Shown: in pieces, positions 19,540-31,566 of the stretch | Numbering within the stretch: position 1 is the stretch's first letter | How the letters are laid out: every line of letters starts with the position of its first letter | Origin: Candidatus Dormiibacterota bacterium | GTDB taxonomy: Bacteria > Chloroflexota > Dormibacteria > Aeolococcales > Aeolococcaceae | DNA: 64,000 nucleotides | Direction of reading: 5' to 3' | Assembly: GCA_963709585.1 (NCBI GenBank) | Contig: CAVPXI010000004.1 | Coordinates: 128,001-192,000 of the forward strand | Notes under the pieces: generated by a model | The model's input: the letters and a program-made list of their open reading frames with translations, nothing else | Databases searched by the model: none | What the model was told of the DNA's origin: nothing | Program-made: the position numbers and the translations under genes

Positions 19540-19573
19540 AGCCTACCCGGCTCACCCTTGCGGAATGGTGAAG
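19540..19573 (-). promoter_or_regulatory. Shared promoter motif copy 2
   Basis: CTTCACCATTCCGCAAGGG-N9-TAGGCT, 7 nt before ATG 19532. Confidence 0.65.
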
Positions 19574-20892
19574 ATCCCGGGTCGCAGCCGCAGCGTCAGC
19601 GCCACGAGCATCGCCGCAGCGCAGATCGCGGGGAGCGAGGCAACCTGAGTGATCCACCACCACCAGAGGGTGTGACTGAGTGCGACCAGCTGCGTCGAGG
19701 ATGTCACATTGGCGATCAGCAGCGGCGCGAGGACGGCGATCGCGACCACGAACGCTGCGGTCGACGCGACCAGCGCGCGAGATCTCCACGCTCTGTCCAG
19801 GGCCATGAGCCCGACAGCGGCGAACACGATGATGATCGCGGTCACGTAATGCGCGTACCAGGTGATCGTGCTGGCGAGCAGCATGAGCAGCGTCGCGGCA
19901 GCGAACTCGGCGCCGCTGATCTGCCGGCTCCGAGCCGTGGGACCGATCGCGAAGAAGAGCAAGCCAAGCATCACTGCCAGCACGGCGTATGTCACGAGGC
20001 TGATGAGCAGGGAGTCGGCTTGGGGGACGAGGACGGCGTGCCCGAAGAGACGGCTGACCACCCCGCTGATCGACTGGTTGTACAGCCACCCGTCCTGCGC
20101 CGACAGGACGGGAAGAACGCGAGTGACGTACTCATGCAGCGTCGCCGTCCCGAGGGTGACAACACCAACAGCCACACCCACGGCAACCGTGACGGCACAA
20201 GCGGCGGCAGCACGCCACCATCTCCGCCGGACGATCAGAACGATCAGGAGAATCGGGGCCAGCTTGATCGATGCCGCGATGCCGATCAGCACGCCGAAGC
20301 GCGTTTGCTGCTGGTGCACCCACGCGTGGAGGGCAAGGGCGAGCAGCAGGAAGATCAGCGGATTCATCTGACCGTGCCAGTAGTTGTACGTTGCCGCCGA
20401 GAAGAGAAAAGTGCCCAGTGCGGCGATCTCAAGTCGAGGCCATGTTCGCGGCAGCAGGGCGAATGCTGCGATAGCCGCCGCAACGGCGGTGCACACAATC
20501 GTCAGCCACAGCCAGAGCATTGCCGCGGTATGCGCCGGGACCCAGGCGAGCGGCTGCAGAAGGAAGGCGACAACCGGCGGGTAGTCGAACCCGCTCAGGG
20601 CCACGTTTGGCGTCTGGTGGATGAACTGTGTGTACAGGTCGGTGTGATTGACCACCGAATGCGCGGCGGCAATATAGGCGCCGAAGTCCTCGAACTCACC
20701 GGTGAAGGTGCCCCGGATCGGCGCGATCACGAAGGTCACCACCCCGGCGATGACCGAGGCGATCGCCGCGGCACGCAGCAGGAGCAATCCGAGTGCTCGG
20801 TTACGGGCGTCCGGGCGCAGCCGACCACGGATCCCAGAAGGGCCGCCGGTGGCGGGCAGGCTGAGTTGGCCCCGCTCGATCACTTCCGCCAT
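19552..20892 (-). CDS. GT87 (DUF2029) GT-C glycosyltransferase
   Basis: EDFGAY, FDYPP, GQMN, IGIAASIKLAP, NQSI, WYAHY. Confidence 0.88.
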   Translation of the reverse strand: MAEVIERGQLSLPATGGPSGIRGRLRPDARNRALGLLLLRAAAIASVIAGVVTFVIAPIRGTFTGEFEDFGAYIAAAHSVVNHTDLYTQFIHQTPNVALSGFDYPPVVAFLLQPLAWVPAHTAAMLWLWLTIVCTAVAAAIAAFALLPRTWPRLEIAALGTFLFSAATYNYWHGQMNPLIFLLLALALHAWVHQQQTRFGVLIGIAASIKLAPILLIVLIVRRRWWRAAAACAVTVAVGVAVGVVTLGTATLHEYVTRVLPVLSAQDGWLYNQSISGVVSRLFGHAVLVPQADSLLISLVTYAVLAVMLGLLFFAIGPTARSRQISGAEFAAATLLMLLASTITWYAHYVTAIIIVFAAVGLMALDRAWRSRALVASTAAFVVAIAVLAPLLIANVTSSTQLVALSHTLWWWWITQVASLPAICAAAMLVALTLRLRPGIFTIPQG

Positions 20893-20983
20893 ACCAGAAC
20901 GACTTTGATCCCGGGCCGGTGTGCTCGGGTGAATTTCTGGCAACAATCGTTGGCCGGCCGGTCATCCCCGCTACGGTGCCCAC

Positions 20984-22196
20984 ATGGCTCGCGTTCCGCT
21001 CCGTCGCGCGGCCCCGTGGATCGGCGTGCTCCTGCTCCTGGCGGTGCTCGGTTCATCGTTGGTCCTGGAGGCGCGTCGGGAGATAACCGATCCCGGCAAC
21101 AGCGACGCGATCGCCTTCGTCACCGGCGCCGATCTGGTCAGCTCGGATCCGCAGCATCTCTATTCCCCGCAAGCGCAGGAGCGAGTCGAAGCTCGGCTCC
21201 TCGACCTGCCGATGGCGGATCACTTCCTCAACCCGTATCCGAACATTGCCGCGGGAGCGCTGCTCCTCAGTCCGCTCGCGCATGTCGACCTGCAGGCTGC
21301 CACCGGGATCGCAGTGCTGACCTCGGCGTTGCTCTTTGCTGTCGCCCTGCTGCTCACACTTCGGCTTCTGGCCGCCGTCGCCTCGCGGCCGGTACGCCTG
21401 GCGATCGCACTCTCCGCCGTGTTGTGCATTCCCGCGGTCGAGGCGATCTTTCAGTGGGACGCTCTGATGACCGTCGCGCTGGTTGGATCAGTCTTGCTCG
21501 CGGGGCGACGGCGTTATGGCCTGGCAGGGTTGGTGCTCGCAACCCTCATCCTCAAGCCGCAGGTGCTCTGGCTGGTGGTGCCGGCACTGGTCGCGGCGAG
21601 GTCGTGGCGGTATCTCGGCGGGTTGCTCGTGGGCTCGGCGGTATGGATCGCGGTGAGTGTCGTTATCACCGGTCCCCATGGCCTGGTTGCGTTGGCCGAG
21701 CTCGTCGCCGGGAACTACCCGGGCCAGTCAAACCGGAGTATCGGCATTCCTTCTCTCATCTCGGCCGCGACCGGGAGCGGCGAGGTCGGGTTCATCGCGG
21801 CAGGCTGCCTCGGGGGGATTGCCACTGTCCTGCTGCTCTGGCGAGGCGACTTCCTGCGAGGTCAGCCGGTCGCCGCGGTCACGATCGGCGTGGTCCTCTC
21901 CCTGCTGTGCTCGCCGCACGTGACCATCGAGGACTTCATGCTCTGCGTCCTGCCCATAGCGCTCATCGCGCGTCGGTGGCCCTTCCTTGCGCTGGCCGAG
22001 GCCGTGGCGATCAGCGCAGTGGAGGTCGTCCAGCTCCAACTTCCGAGCGGCGCGCAACACCTGCAGCCGTTCCTGCTCGTGGTCATCGCCGTCTCAGACT
22101 CTGCTGGCGGTGCGGCCCGTGGTCCCGTCGATCTCCACTGGGCGGGCGACCGATCCACGGCTGCACAACCGAGGTGCCGGAGCCATCAGCGCCTAG
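20984..22196 (+). CDS. GT87-like glycosyltransferase (probable frameshift near 22095; ORF track runs to 22411)
   Basis: SDAIAF, FQWD, ILKPQ, SPHVTIED; multi-TM. Confidence 0.8.
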
Positions 22197-22247
22197 GGCA
22201 CTTGCATTCCGTCGCAAGCAAGTGGGACCATCTCGCACGACCGAGTC

Positions 22248-22551
22248 GTGTGGGGGGCCAGACATCAGCGGACTCTCGTTGTTTGCGGAACTTGCAGCCG
22301 CGATTGCCTGCGCGGGCTTTGCGCTTTCGCTCGCCGAGCTCGCGGGGGTGCGGAATAAAGTCACGATCGCTGCCGCAGGTGCGGCCGCGGGCTTCTTCAT
22401 CGGCTTCGTGACCCAATTGGGGGTGCCGCTGCTCGCGCTCCCGATTGCCGTCATCGCCGCCTCCTGGCTGGATCGCTGGATCGATCAGCAGTCGCAATCT
22501 CCGGGTCGCGCGCTCGACCTGGCCACGGCCGCGCATCACCCCTTGCGGTAG
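22248..22551 (+). CDS. Small hydrophobic membrane protein (probable G-run frameshift at 5' end)
   Basis: GPDISGLSLFAELAAAIACAGFAL...LLALPIAVIAASWLDRW: 3 hydrophobic segments. Confidence 0.4.
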
Positions 22552-24124
22552 ACGGTCTCCAGCGCAGGCCTCGGCGCCGCGGCGTCAAGCGGATTCGCTG
22601 GCCCACGCTCGGTCGCGACCAGCGTCCAGACGCCCGGCGGAGCCAGATCGGCTGCCGCGAGCACGAGCATGTCTCCCGCCGACGCCTCGCTCTCGGCAAA
22701 CTCCGGCGGGACCACCTGCATGCCCAGCGCAGCCAGCCCCGGGGTGGCGTTATCGGTGACCTGGTGTGCCGGCGGCGGTGGCAGGAAGGCGAAGAACGCC
22801 TCGATGTACGGCGGTTCGAGCGTCGAAGAGAGGTAGACGCGGTGACCCGCGGCGTCGTTGTGCGCCGTGGTGATCGCGGCGATCTCGCCGGTGTCGAAAA
22901 ATGGCGCGGCCCGGTTGGGATATGCCGAGTAGAGATCGATGCTGAAAAGCACCGCCTGCGCAACCAGGCCGATGGCGAGCGCGCCGGCGACCAGGCGGCG
23001 GAGGCTGGCGTGACTGGCGAGAGCGCTTCGGATGCCGTCTAAGCCGAGCACCGCGAGGATCACGAGGAAGGGGAGGAGGCCCGATGAGCGCAGTGCGTGC
23101 GGCGTCCCGTTGTTGGTCAGGGCGGCCGCGATGGGGGCGAGCACGATCCCGGCGACCAGAAAACGCACCAGGGGCTCTCCGCGCCGCTGCCAGCAGACGA
23201 CGATGCCCGCGATCAACAACGGAGCCATCGCCCAGAGCAGCATCCCCCCGATCTCCGTGTTCTGGCGCGGGTTCGCATCGCCCTGGAGCAGGAGGAAGTT
23301 CGGGCTGAAATACGCAAGGTAGTTGGTGAGGAACCGATCGATGACTACGTTGAGCGGGGCGCCGTCGGCCCAGATGCTGATCGCGGCGAAGCGCCCGGTG
23401 AGTGCCCCGGGGTTGAGCAGCGCGTAGGCGCCCAGACCCAGATAGCCGGCACCGATCGGTATCAGGGCACGCCACCAGCCAGGTGTCTTTGCCAACCCCC
23501 AGGCAATCGCGAGGGCAGCGGCCAGCAGCAAGATCTCGAGCCTCGCCGTGGTGTAGGCGTAGATCGCCAGCGCGAGGAACACGCCCGCGATCGCGAACCG
23601 GCGTGGGTTCGGCCGCCGTCCGGCGAGGCACCAGAGTGCGGCCGACAGGAGCGCGACCATGGAGATGGTCTCGAAGCCCACTCGGCTCTCGATGACCAGC
23701 CACGGCGTGAACGCGGTCAGCGCGAGGGCGCCGAGCGTGACCGCCCGCGAGCCGGTCAGCCGCCACGCGGCCGCGGTGAGGAACCCGACCGCCGCGAGAC
23801 CGAAGAGCGCCGCCGGCAACCGCTCGACCGCAACAGTCAGCGGCAGAAAACGGACCAGCGCCGCGACGGCGTAGACGTAAATCGGGTTCTTGTACTCGCC
23901 GAACGCCTCGAAGAAGAGCGGGATGTGAATCCCATGCTCATCAACGCCGAAATGGGCGATGGTCCAGGCGTTGTAGCCGATCGACGCCTCGTCCACGTAG
24001 AGCCCGGGCGGTGAAGCGGAGAGGTCGACGAGGTTGCGGAGGACCACGAGTACCGCGAGCACCGCGATGGCGCCGATCCAGACCGGCGGCGCAACCGATC
24101 TGCGCCGACTTCCGTTTCAGCCAC
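22536..24124 (-). CDS. GT39/ArnT-like GT-C glycosyltransferase (5' end disrupted)
   Basis: PPGLYVDEASIGYNA...FGEYKNP, ERLP, YAYTTAR; multi-TM. Confidence 0.85.
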
Positions 24125-24270
24125 GCGGGTTACGGTCCAACTCGCTCGGGGATGTTAGTGCATGGATTCCAGAGTCGGGATGTTGATGTCCCAACTCGAC
24201 GAGCGGCGCTGGTCGTGCACCCATGTGAAGATGCGCGCCATGCGTGCTGTTCAGCAGGACGATGCGGTCA

Positions 24271-25824
24271 TGAACAGGCGACCGTGGTGGCGCAACCGAT
24301 TCGCCTACGTCGTGCTGGTCATGATCGCATTGGTCGCGGCGCTCTATCTCTACAGAATCGGCAGTGATCCTCCGGGCTTGTACGCGGATGAGGCCAGCAT
24401 CGGCTACAACGCCTGGACGATCGCGCATTACGGCACCGATCAGTACGGCATTCACTTTCCACTGTTCTTTACGGACTTCGGGGACTACAAGGGCCCGATC
24501 GCGACCTATCTGGTAGCGCCGCTCACGTGGGTCTTCGCCGGCGGCGCTGCAGTGGTGCGCTTGCCGAGCGTCCTGGCCGGAATCGCCCTCTCCGTGGTGG
24601 CAGGGCGAATCGCCTTGGTCAGCACCGGTTCCAGGCTTGTCGCACTCGTGATCATCGCGCTCACGGCGTTGCAGCCCTGGATCTTCCTGCAGAGCCACAC
24701 AATGCTCGAGGGCAACATTCTCATGGTGCTCGCCGTGATGTGCGCCTGCTGGTGCATCGTCGAGGCGAATGTCGCTGGGGCGTCAGGGAGATGGTGGACC
24801 GGTGCCGGCGTCGCGCTGGCGATCTGCATCTACACGTACTCCGTTGGCCGCCTCCTTGCTCTTCTGATCGCTGCGGTTGCGGTGCTGAGCTTCGCTCGAG
24901 TTCGGTCGCGAGAAGATGCTCCGCTTCCTGTTCCCCATCGCGGCCGCCTACATCATCCTCGCCATCTGGTCGTTCGATAACCCTGGAGCGCTGCTGGCGC
25001 GTTTCCAGGGCGTGGGTCTGCTCGCCGACCATCCAACCGTGATCGCCGCGCTGGCGAGATTTCTGGGGAACTACGGGAGCTACTTCAGCCCCGGATTCCT
25101 GGTGCTGCACGGTGATGGGAACCTCCGCCAGACCACGGGATTCGGCGGCGTCCTGCTCGACGCCACCATCCCGCTCATGATCATCGGCGCGGCGCGGCTC
25201 GTCCGGTCGTGGCGCAACCCGTATTCGCGGTTCGTCGTCCTGGGCGCGCTGGTCGCCCCCGTTCCGGCTGCCCTGACGCTGGTCGCCCCGCACGCGCTCC
25301 GTGGCGCCGGACTGATCCCATTTCTCATCCTCATGATGGTGGAGGGCGTCTCGTGGGCCTGGACGCTGCTGCAGTCGCGCAGGCTGATCGCGTTCGGGCT
25401 GGTTGCAGTCGTGATCGCCAGTGCCGCTCCGTACTTTGTTGATTTCTTCAACGGCTACCCGGCACGGGCTGAGCTTGAGTTCGAAGCAGGCGAAGGAGCG
25501 GCGATGGCGATGGCGTATGCCAGGGCCGAGGCGGGGGGACATCAACTCTTTCTCTCCGCAACGCTCAATCAACCGGCCCTGCAGCTCATGTACGCGGTCG
25601 ACGCACCACCCCCGCAGAACGACTTCGTGCGGCGAGCCCGGATCATCGTCGTCAGAACGCTGGCGCAGATGGACACTGCGAAACCCGGTGACGTGCTGGT
25701 CATCGGTCCTCACGACGCTCCGCCCCCGGCCGCCCGGCTGCTCTTCGTCGTGGACGATGGTCGCATCGTGCAGGCTCCGGCCACGGTGGCGAGCAGTGAT
25801 CTTCTCTGTGTCTACCAAGCTTGA
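24271..25824 (+). CDS. GT39/ArnT-like glycosyltransferase (frameshift near 24900; start uncertain)
   Basis: PPGLYADEASIGYNA...FGDYKGP; joins the 24916..25824 ORF (YFSPGFL, PHALRG). Confidence 0.82.
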
Positions 25825-25871
25825 CCGACGCATGAGCGGAGCACGACACCGCCGCACTAGGATGTCCCGCC

Positions 25872-26858
25872 ATGCGGGCTATGATTCTCGACGCGCCCGG
25901 CACCGCCCTTCGCGAAGGCACTGTCGCCGATCCAGTGCACGGTGACGGTCAGGTCCTCGTCAAGGTCGGAGCATGCGCGCTCTGCCGCACGGACCTGCAC
26001 ATCGTCGACGGCGAGCTGACCCGTCCCAAGCTGCCACTCGTTCCCGGTCACATGATTGTGGGAGAAGTCGTCGCGGCCGGGACCGCGGTGGAGACCGCCC
26101 GGGTGGGAGATCGTGTGGGCATCCCCTGGCTTGGCTGGACTGACGGCACGTGCATCTACTGCACGACGGGGCGCGAGAATCTGTGCGACAACGCTCGATT
26201 CACCGGCTACGACATCGACGGTGGGTACGCCGAGTACACGGTTGCCGATGCGCGATTCTGCTTTCCACTCGACCGCTCGTACAGCGACGTGCAAGCCGCG
26301 CCACTGCTCTGCGCAGGGCTGATCGGCTACCGCGCGCTCAACGCCGCCGGCGACGGCGCGCGCCTTGGGCTGTACGGTTTCGGGGATTCGGCCCACATCG
26401 TTGCTCAGGTGGCCCGATATCAGGGACGGCGCGTCTTTGCGATAACGCGCCCGGGCGATACCGCGAGCCAGGAATTCGCCATGCGCCTCGGGGCGACCTG
26501 GGCCGGAGACACCGACCAGATGCTGCCCGAGGAGCTCGACGCGGCCATCATCTTCGCGCCCGTCGGAGCGCTCGTCCCACTCGCGCTTGGCGCTGTCGCA
26601 AAGGGTGGGATCGTGGTATGCGCCGGGATCCACATGAGCGACATACCGTCGTTCTCGTACGACCTGCTGTGGGGGGAGCGCACGGTGCGATCCATCGCCA
26701 ACCTGACGCGCCGCGACGGCACTGAATTCCTGGCGCTCGCGCATCAGATTCCGGTGCGCACCCAGGTCGACACGTTGCCGCTCGCCGAGGCGAACACGGC
26801 GCTCGCCCGGCTGCGCAACGGCAAGGTGCAGGGTGCCATCGTCCTGACAATCAACTGA
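25872..26858 (+). CDS. Zinc-dependent alcohol dehydrogenase family protein
   Basis: CRTDLH, PGH, CIYC..GRENLC, LCAGLIGY, GLYGFG. Confidence 0.93.
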   Translation: MRAMILDAPGTALREGTVADPVHGDGQVLVKVGACALCRTDLHIVDGELTRPKLPLVPGHMIVGEVVAAGTAVETARVGDRVGIPWLGWTDGTCIYCTTGRENLCDNARFTGYDIDGGYAEYTVADARFCFPLDRSYSDVQAAPLLCAGLIGYRALNAAGDGARLGLYGFGDSAHIVAQVARYQGRRVFAITRPGDTASQEFAMRLGATWAGDTDQMLPEELDAAIIFAPVGALVPLALGAVAKGGIVVCAGIHMSDIPSFSYDLLWGERTVRSIANLTRRDGTEFLALAHQIPVRTQVDTLPLAEANTALARLRNGKVQGAIVLTIN

Positions 26859-26883
26859 GCGAGCGCTGCGCGATCATGTCAGC

Positions 26884-28975
26884 GTGAACGACATCAGGCT
26901 TCCCTCGACAGCAGGCGCGCACGCGTCGTTTCAGCCTCGGGGTCCCGAGGGACTTCGTGATCGCGCCAGACGGCCGCCGCGTGGTGTTTCTGCGCACTCG
27001 GAGCGGCACCGACCCGTCCACCTGTCTCTGGCAGGTCGATGTCGACGGCGGTGCGGAGCGTCTGGTCGTGGACCCGGGCGAGCTGCTGCGCCACGACCGC
27101 GACGAGGTGCCGGCCGAGGAGCGGATGCGTCGCGAGCGGGCGCGCGAAGCCTCCGGCGGCATCGTTCGGTTCTCCACCAACCGCGAGGTCACGCGCGCGG
27201 TGTTCGACGTCGCCGGAAGGATCTACGTCGTGGACCTTGCGTCGGGTGGCGTGGTGGAGCTGCCGGCGAGTGGCCGGGCGATCGATCCGCGGATCGATCC
27301 GACCGGCGCAGTGGTCGCATATGTGGAAGCCGGAGCGCTGCATGCGGTGAAGGTGGACGGCGGTGAGGCGCGCGCGCTGCTCAACCCTGAGAATGACGAC
27401 GTCACCTACGGGCTTGCGGAGTTCGTCGCCGCTGAGGAGATGGGGCGCCAGAGCGGCTACTGGTGGTCTCCGGACGGAACTCGGTTGCTCGTCGCCCGCG
27501 TGGATGTCGCGCGGGTGCGTCGCTGGTACATCGCCGATCCCTCCAATCCCGAACGTCCCGCAGTCGCGGTCGCGTACCCGGCGGCGGGGACCGACAACGC
27601 CGAGGTCACGCTGCACATCGTCGATCTCATCGGCTCACCGTCGGTCGAGGTGCACTGGGATCGCGCGGGCTTCGAGTACCTGACGGCAGTCGACTGGTCG
27701 GAGCACGGGCTGCTGATCGTCGTGCAGAGCCGCGACCAGCGCACCATGCGAATCCTCGACGTGGATGCGTCGACCGGCGCGACGTCCGTGCTGCGTGAGG
27801 ACACCGACGATGCGTGGGTCGACATCGTCGATGGGGTGCCGGCGAGGATGGCGGACGGGATGTTGGTCTGGACCGCCGAACGCGACGGCGCCAGGCGACT
27901 CCTCAGCGGCGATGAACCGGTGACTCCACCGGATCTGGAAGTGCGTGACGTTCTTGATGTCAACTCCGACGTCGTCCTCTTCAGGGGGTCGACCGAGCCG
28001 ACCGAGGTGGGTGTGTACACGTGGTCGCCCGCTGCCGGCGTCGCGCAACTGCTTCCCGACGGCGTCACCCCAGGTGTGTGGCGGGCGCGCCGAGCCGGCG
28101 GCACCACCGTGCTGGTGTCCCGTGATCTCGAGCACCTGCATGCTCGCGTATCGATGCACCGCGGGGGGAGACTGGTTGGGGAGATCGACTCGGTCGCGGA
28201 GACCCCGGCGATCTCGCTCAACCTCCGCCTCGTGACCCTGGGCGAGCGCGAACTCCGCGCCGCGATCCTGTTGCCGAACGGGCACGTGCCCGGGAGCGGC
28301 ACGCTTCCGGTGCTGCTCGACCCGTACGGCGGTCCGGGTTTCCAGAAGGTGACCGCGTCGGCAGGCGCCTACCTGGAGTTGCAGTGGTTCGCGGATCAGG
28401 GCTTCGCCGTGCTCGTGATCGACGGCAGGGGCACGCCCGGTGGTGGCCCCGACTGGGCCCGGTCGATCCACGGCGACCTGGCGGGCCCCGCGCTCGAGGA
28501 TCAGGTTGATGGCCTCCACGCCGCCGCGGCTGCGTGGCCGGATCTCGACCTCTCCCGCGTGGCCATCCGCGGTTGGTCGTACGGCGGGTTCCTCGCTGCC
28601 CTCGCGGTGTTGCAGCGACCGGACGTCTTTCGTGTGGCGGTATCGGGGGCACCGGTGACCGACATGCACCTGTACGACACGCACTACACCGAGCGCTATC
28701 TGGGGCATCCCGACCAGGAGCCCGCCAACTATGAGAGAGGGTGGCTCATCCCGAATGCCGGCCGTCTCATCCGCCCGCTGATGCTCATACACGGCCTCAG
28801 CGATGACAATGTCGTCGTCGCCCACACGCTGCGCTTCTCGGCCGCGCTGCTTGCGGCGGGACGCGAGCACACCGTGCTCCCGCTCACCGGTGCAACACAC
28901 ATGGCGAACGACGAGACGGTTGCCGAGAACCTCCTGCTCCTGGAACTTGAGTTCATCCGACGCGCGCTCGCGTGA
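26884..28975 (+). CDS. S9 family dipeptidyl peptidase IV-like protein (frameshift near 26897)
   Basis: Repaired N-term (S)FPRQQARTRRFSLG; AAEEM, GWSYGG, DDNV, TH catalytic triad. Confidence 0.9.
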
Positions 28976-28995
28976 TCTGAGGGCTCGCCCGAGGC

Positions 28996-29846
28996 TCAGG
29001 TGATCGCGATCATGGCGATGGCGACGATGGCCAGAACCGCGCCCATCATCTGCAGCGGGGTCATGCGCTCATGGGTGAAGAGACGCGCGCAGAGGACCGT
29101 GAACGCGGGGTAGAACGAGGTGAGCAACGCGGTCACCGACAGGAGCCCCGTGTGCGTCGCGTACAGGTACAGCACCACCCCGGTGCCATCGAAGATGCCG
29201 CCGACGGCGATCAGGCGAACCACGCTGCGACTGATCACGGGAGACGTCCGGCTGACTGCAGCCGCCGCAAGCGCGGCCGTCATGGAACCGAGGCGTCCGC
29301 TCACGAATGCGGTCAAGCCAGCATGGCTCGCCGCGTGGAACAGAATGAAGAACAGTCCAAAGGTGACCCCCGCGAGCAGCGCCAGGATCACGCCGAGCCG
29401 GGCGTTGCCGGATCCATCGCCGCTCGGGCCGTTGATCAGTACGAGCGCGACGAGCCCGACCGCGATGCCGCCCAGCTGCCAGATCTGGAGGCGGTCGCCG
29501 CCCACCAGTCCCACCGCGACCGGCAGGGCTGCGGCAACGAACCCCGTGATCGGGGCGACCACGCCGATGAGGTTCAGCGACATCGCGCGATAGAAGGCGA
29601 GCAGCCCGAGACCGCCCACCCCGCCGCCGGCGAAAGCCAGGAGTGCGGCCTGCGGATCCCAACCGTGGGGCAGCAGCACGAACGCGAGTGGGACCGCGAC
29701 CAGGCCCACCAACTCGATCCCGATGGCAACACTCGGGGCGCTGCTTCGCCTGCCGCGATCCCGCCCGAGAAGTCGGCGATGCCGAGAGTTACCGCGGACG
29801 CCATGGCCGTCAGCGGGGAGAGGGGGAGGGTCATGGCCGCGGTCAC
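28996..29846 (-). CDS. EamA/DMT family transporter (frameshift near 29750)
   Basis: GIADFSGG, FYRAMS...VVAPI, LTSFYPAFTV..A...HER. Confidence 0.85.
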
Positions 29847-29942
29847 GGTACACGTGCCCCTGGTTGCGGAGCCCGTGGCCGCTGGTCGATACTTCCGCCC
29901 GCACGCCGCCTGTGAGGCGGATCACGCTCGGAGGAGGCGCAG

Positions 29943-31566
29943 ATGAGTGGCGGAACCGTGGTCTCGACGCCAGAGGCGGGTGACGCCGACGCCGCCCAAC
30001 TTGCGAGGTTTGGATACGGGCAGGAGTTGCGGCGCGTCCTCAACCTTTTCGAGAACTTCGCGGTCGCTTTCTGCTACATCTCGCCGGTCGTCGGCATCTA
30101 TTCGCTGTTCATCCTGGGAGTTGGCACCGGCGGGCCGCGATACCTCTGGCTGCTGCCGATCGTGGTGGTCGGTCAGCTCTTCGTGGCGCTCGTATTCGCT
30201 GAGCTGGGAAGCCACTACCCGATTGCGGGCGCGCTCTTTCAGTGGGGCAAGAACCTGATCGGGCCGAGCTACGGCTGGTGGGTTGGGTGGATCTACGGTT
30301 GGGCGTTGATCATGACGGTCGCCTCCGTGGATACGGAACTTATCATCTATGTCGGTCCGCTGATCAACAACATCTTTCACACAGCCATCAATTTCGCCGA
30401 CCCCAATCAGATTCTCATCTGCACGGTTCTGCTGATCCTGGTGCAGCTTACGTTCAACGTCGGAGGCGTCAACTTCCTCGGGCGCATCTCTCAGATCGGT
30501 GTCTACTTCGAGATCGTCGGGACGTTCGGCATCGCGATCATGCTGGCGATCACCGGGTTTCACCACGGCTTTGACTACCTGTTCTCGACGCAGGGCACCG
30601 AGAACGCGGCGACGAGTTCCGCTCGGCGTCGACTTCGGCGGTAACTGGTGGCTGGGGGCGGCGTTCGTGGCCATCCTGGCGCACGTCTACATCTTCTACG
30701 GCTTCGAGTCCGCCGGCGACGTGGCCGAGGAAGTGGTGCACGCGTCCAAACGCGTGCCCCGAGCAATCATCTCGTCGTTGCTGACCGCGGGGGTCACGAG
30801 CTTCGTGCTGGTGGGCGCGCTCATCCTGGCCATCCCGTCCGGCCCGAAAGGGCTGAGCAACACGGTGAGCGGTGGGGTGCCGTTCCTGATCAGCTCGAAC
30901 GTCTCGAGTCAGGTCATCCAGGACATCGCGCTGTTCGTCGTGTGTTTCGCCTTTTTCAGTTGCGGCCTGGCGATCCAGGCGGCCGCCGCCCGGCTCATCT
31001 ACTCCTACAGCCGCGACCGCGCGCTCCCGGCGAGCGGCACGCTTTCGAGCGTTTCGCCGCGGTTTCGCACGCCGGTCAACGCGCTCATCGTCGCGTCGGT
31101 CATCCCGGCGCTCTTCGCGGTGCTCGCACGGTTCACGCCGTCATCGAACATCACCATCGCGTTCATCACCATCCCGGCGAAGGTCAACGCGCTCTTCCTG
31201 CTGGTCTCGTTCGCGGTCTCGGGAATCTACCTCTCGTTCCTGCTCGTGGTCATCGCGGCACTGATCGCACGGCTGCGAGGCTGGCAGGCGCAGGGGGCGT
31301 TCCGGCTCGGCGCCTGGGCGGTTCCGGTGATGGTTGTCGGAGGCCTGTGGCTCCTCTTCATGCTCGGGAATATCCTCCTCCCGTCGGGGATCACCAGCGC
31401 GAGAGGTGCGCTCTTCAACTACGACTGGATCACCCTGGTTGTCGTGGTGATCATCATCCTCATCGGTGCCATCTACACGGTCATCGCACACCCGGCACGC
31501 CGTATCGAGACGCGTCCTCAGCGGGGCACCGGCCCCTCGGTAGACCCCAGACCGGTCACGCGCTGA
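29943..31566 (+). CDS. APC family amino acid/polyamine permease (frameshift near 30617)
   Basis: LARFGYGQELRR, AELGSHYPIAG, YGFESAGDVAEE, YSRDRALP, TPVNA. Confidence 0.9.

Noticed and set aside
19531-22551. 1006-aa plus-strand ORF
   Set aside because: R/G/P-rich shadow of the two GT87 genes; only the last ~100 codons look protein-like
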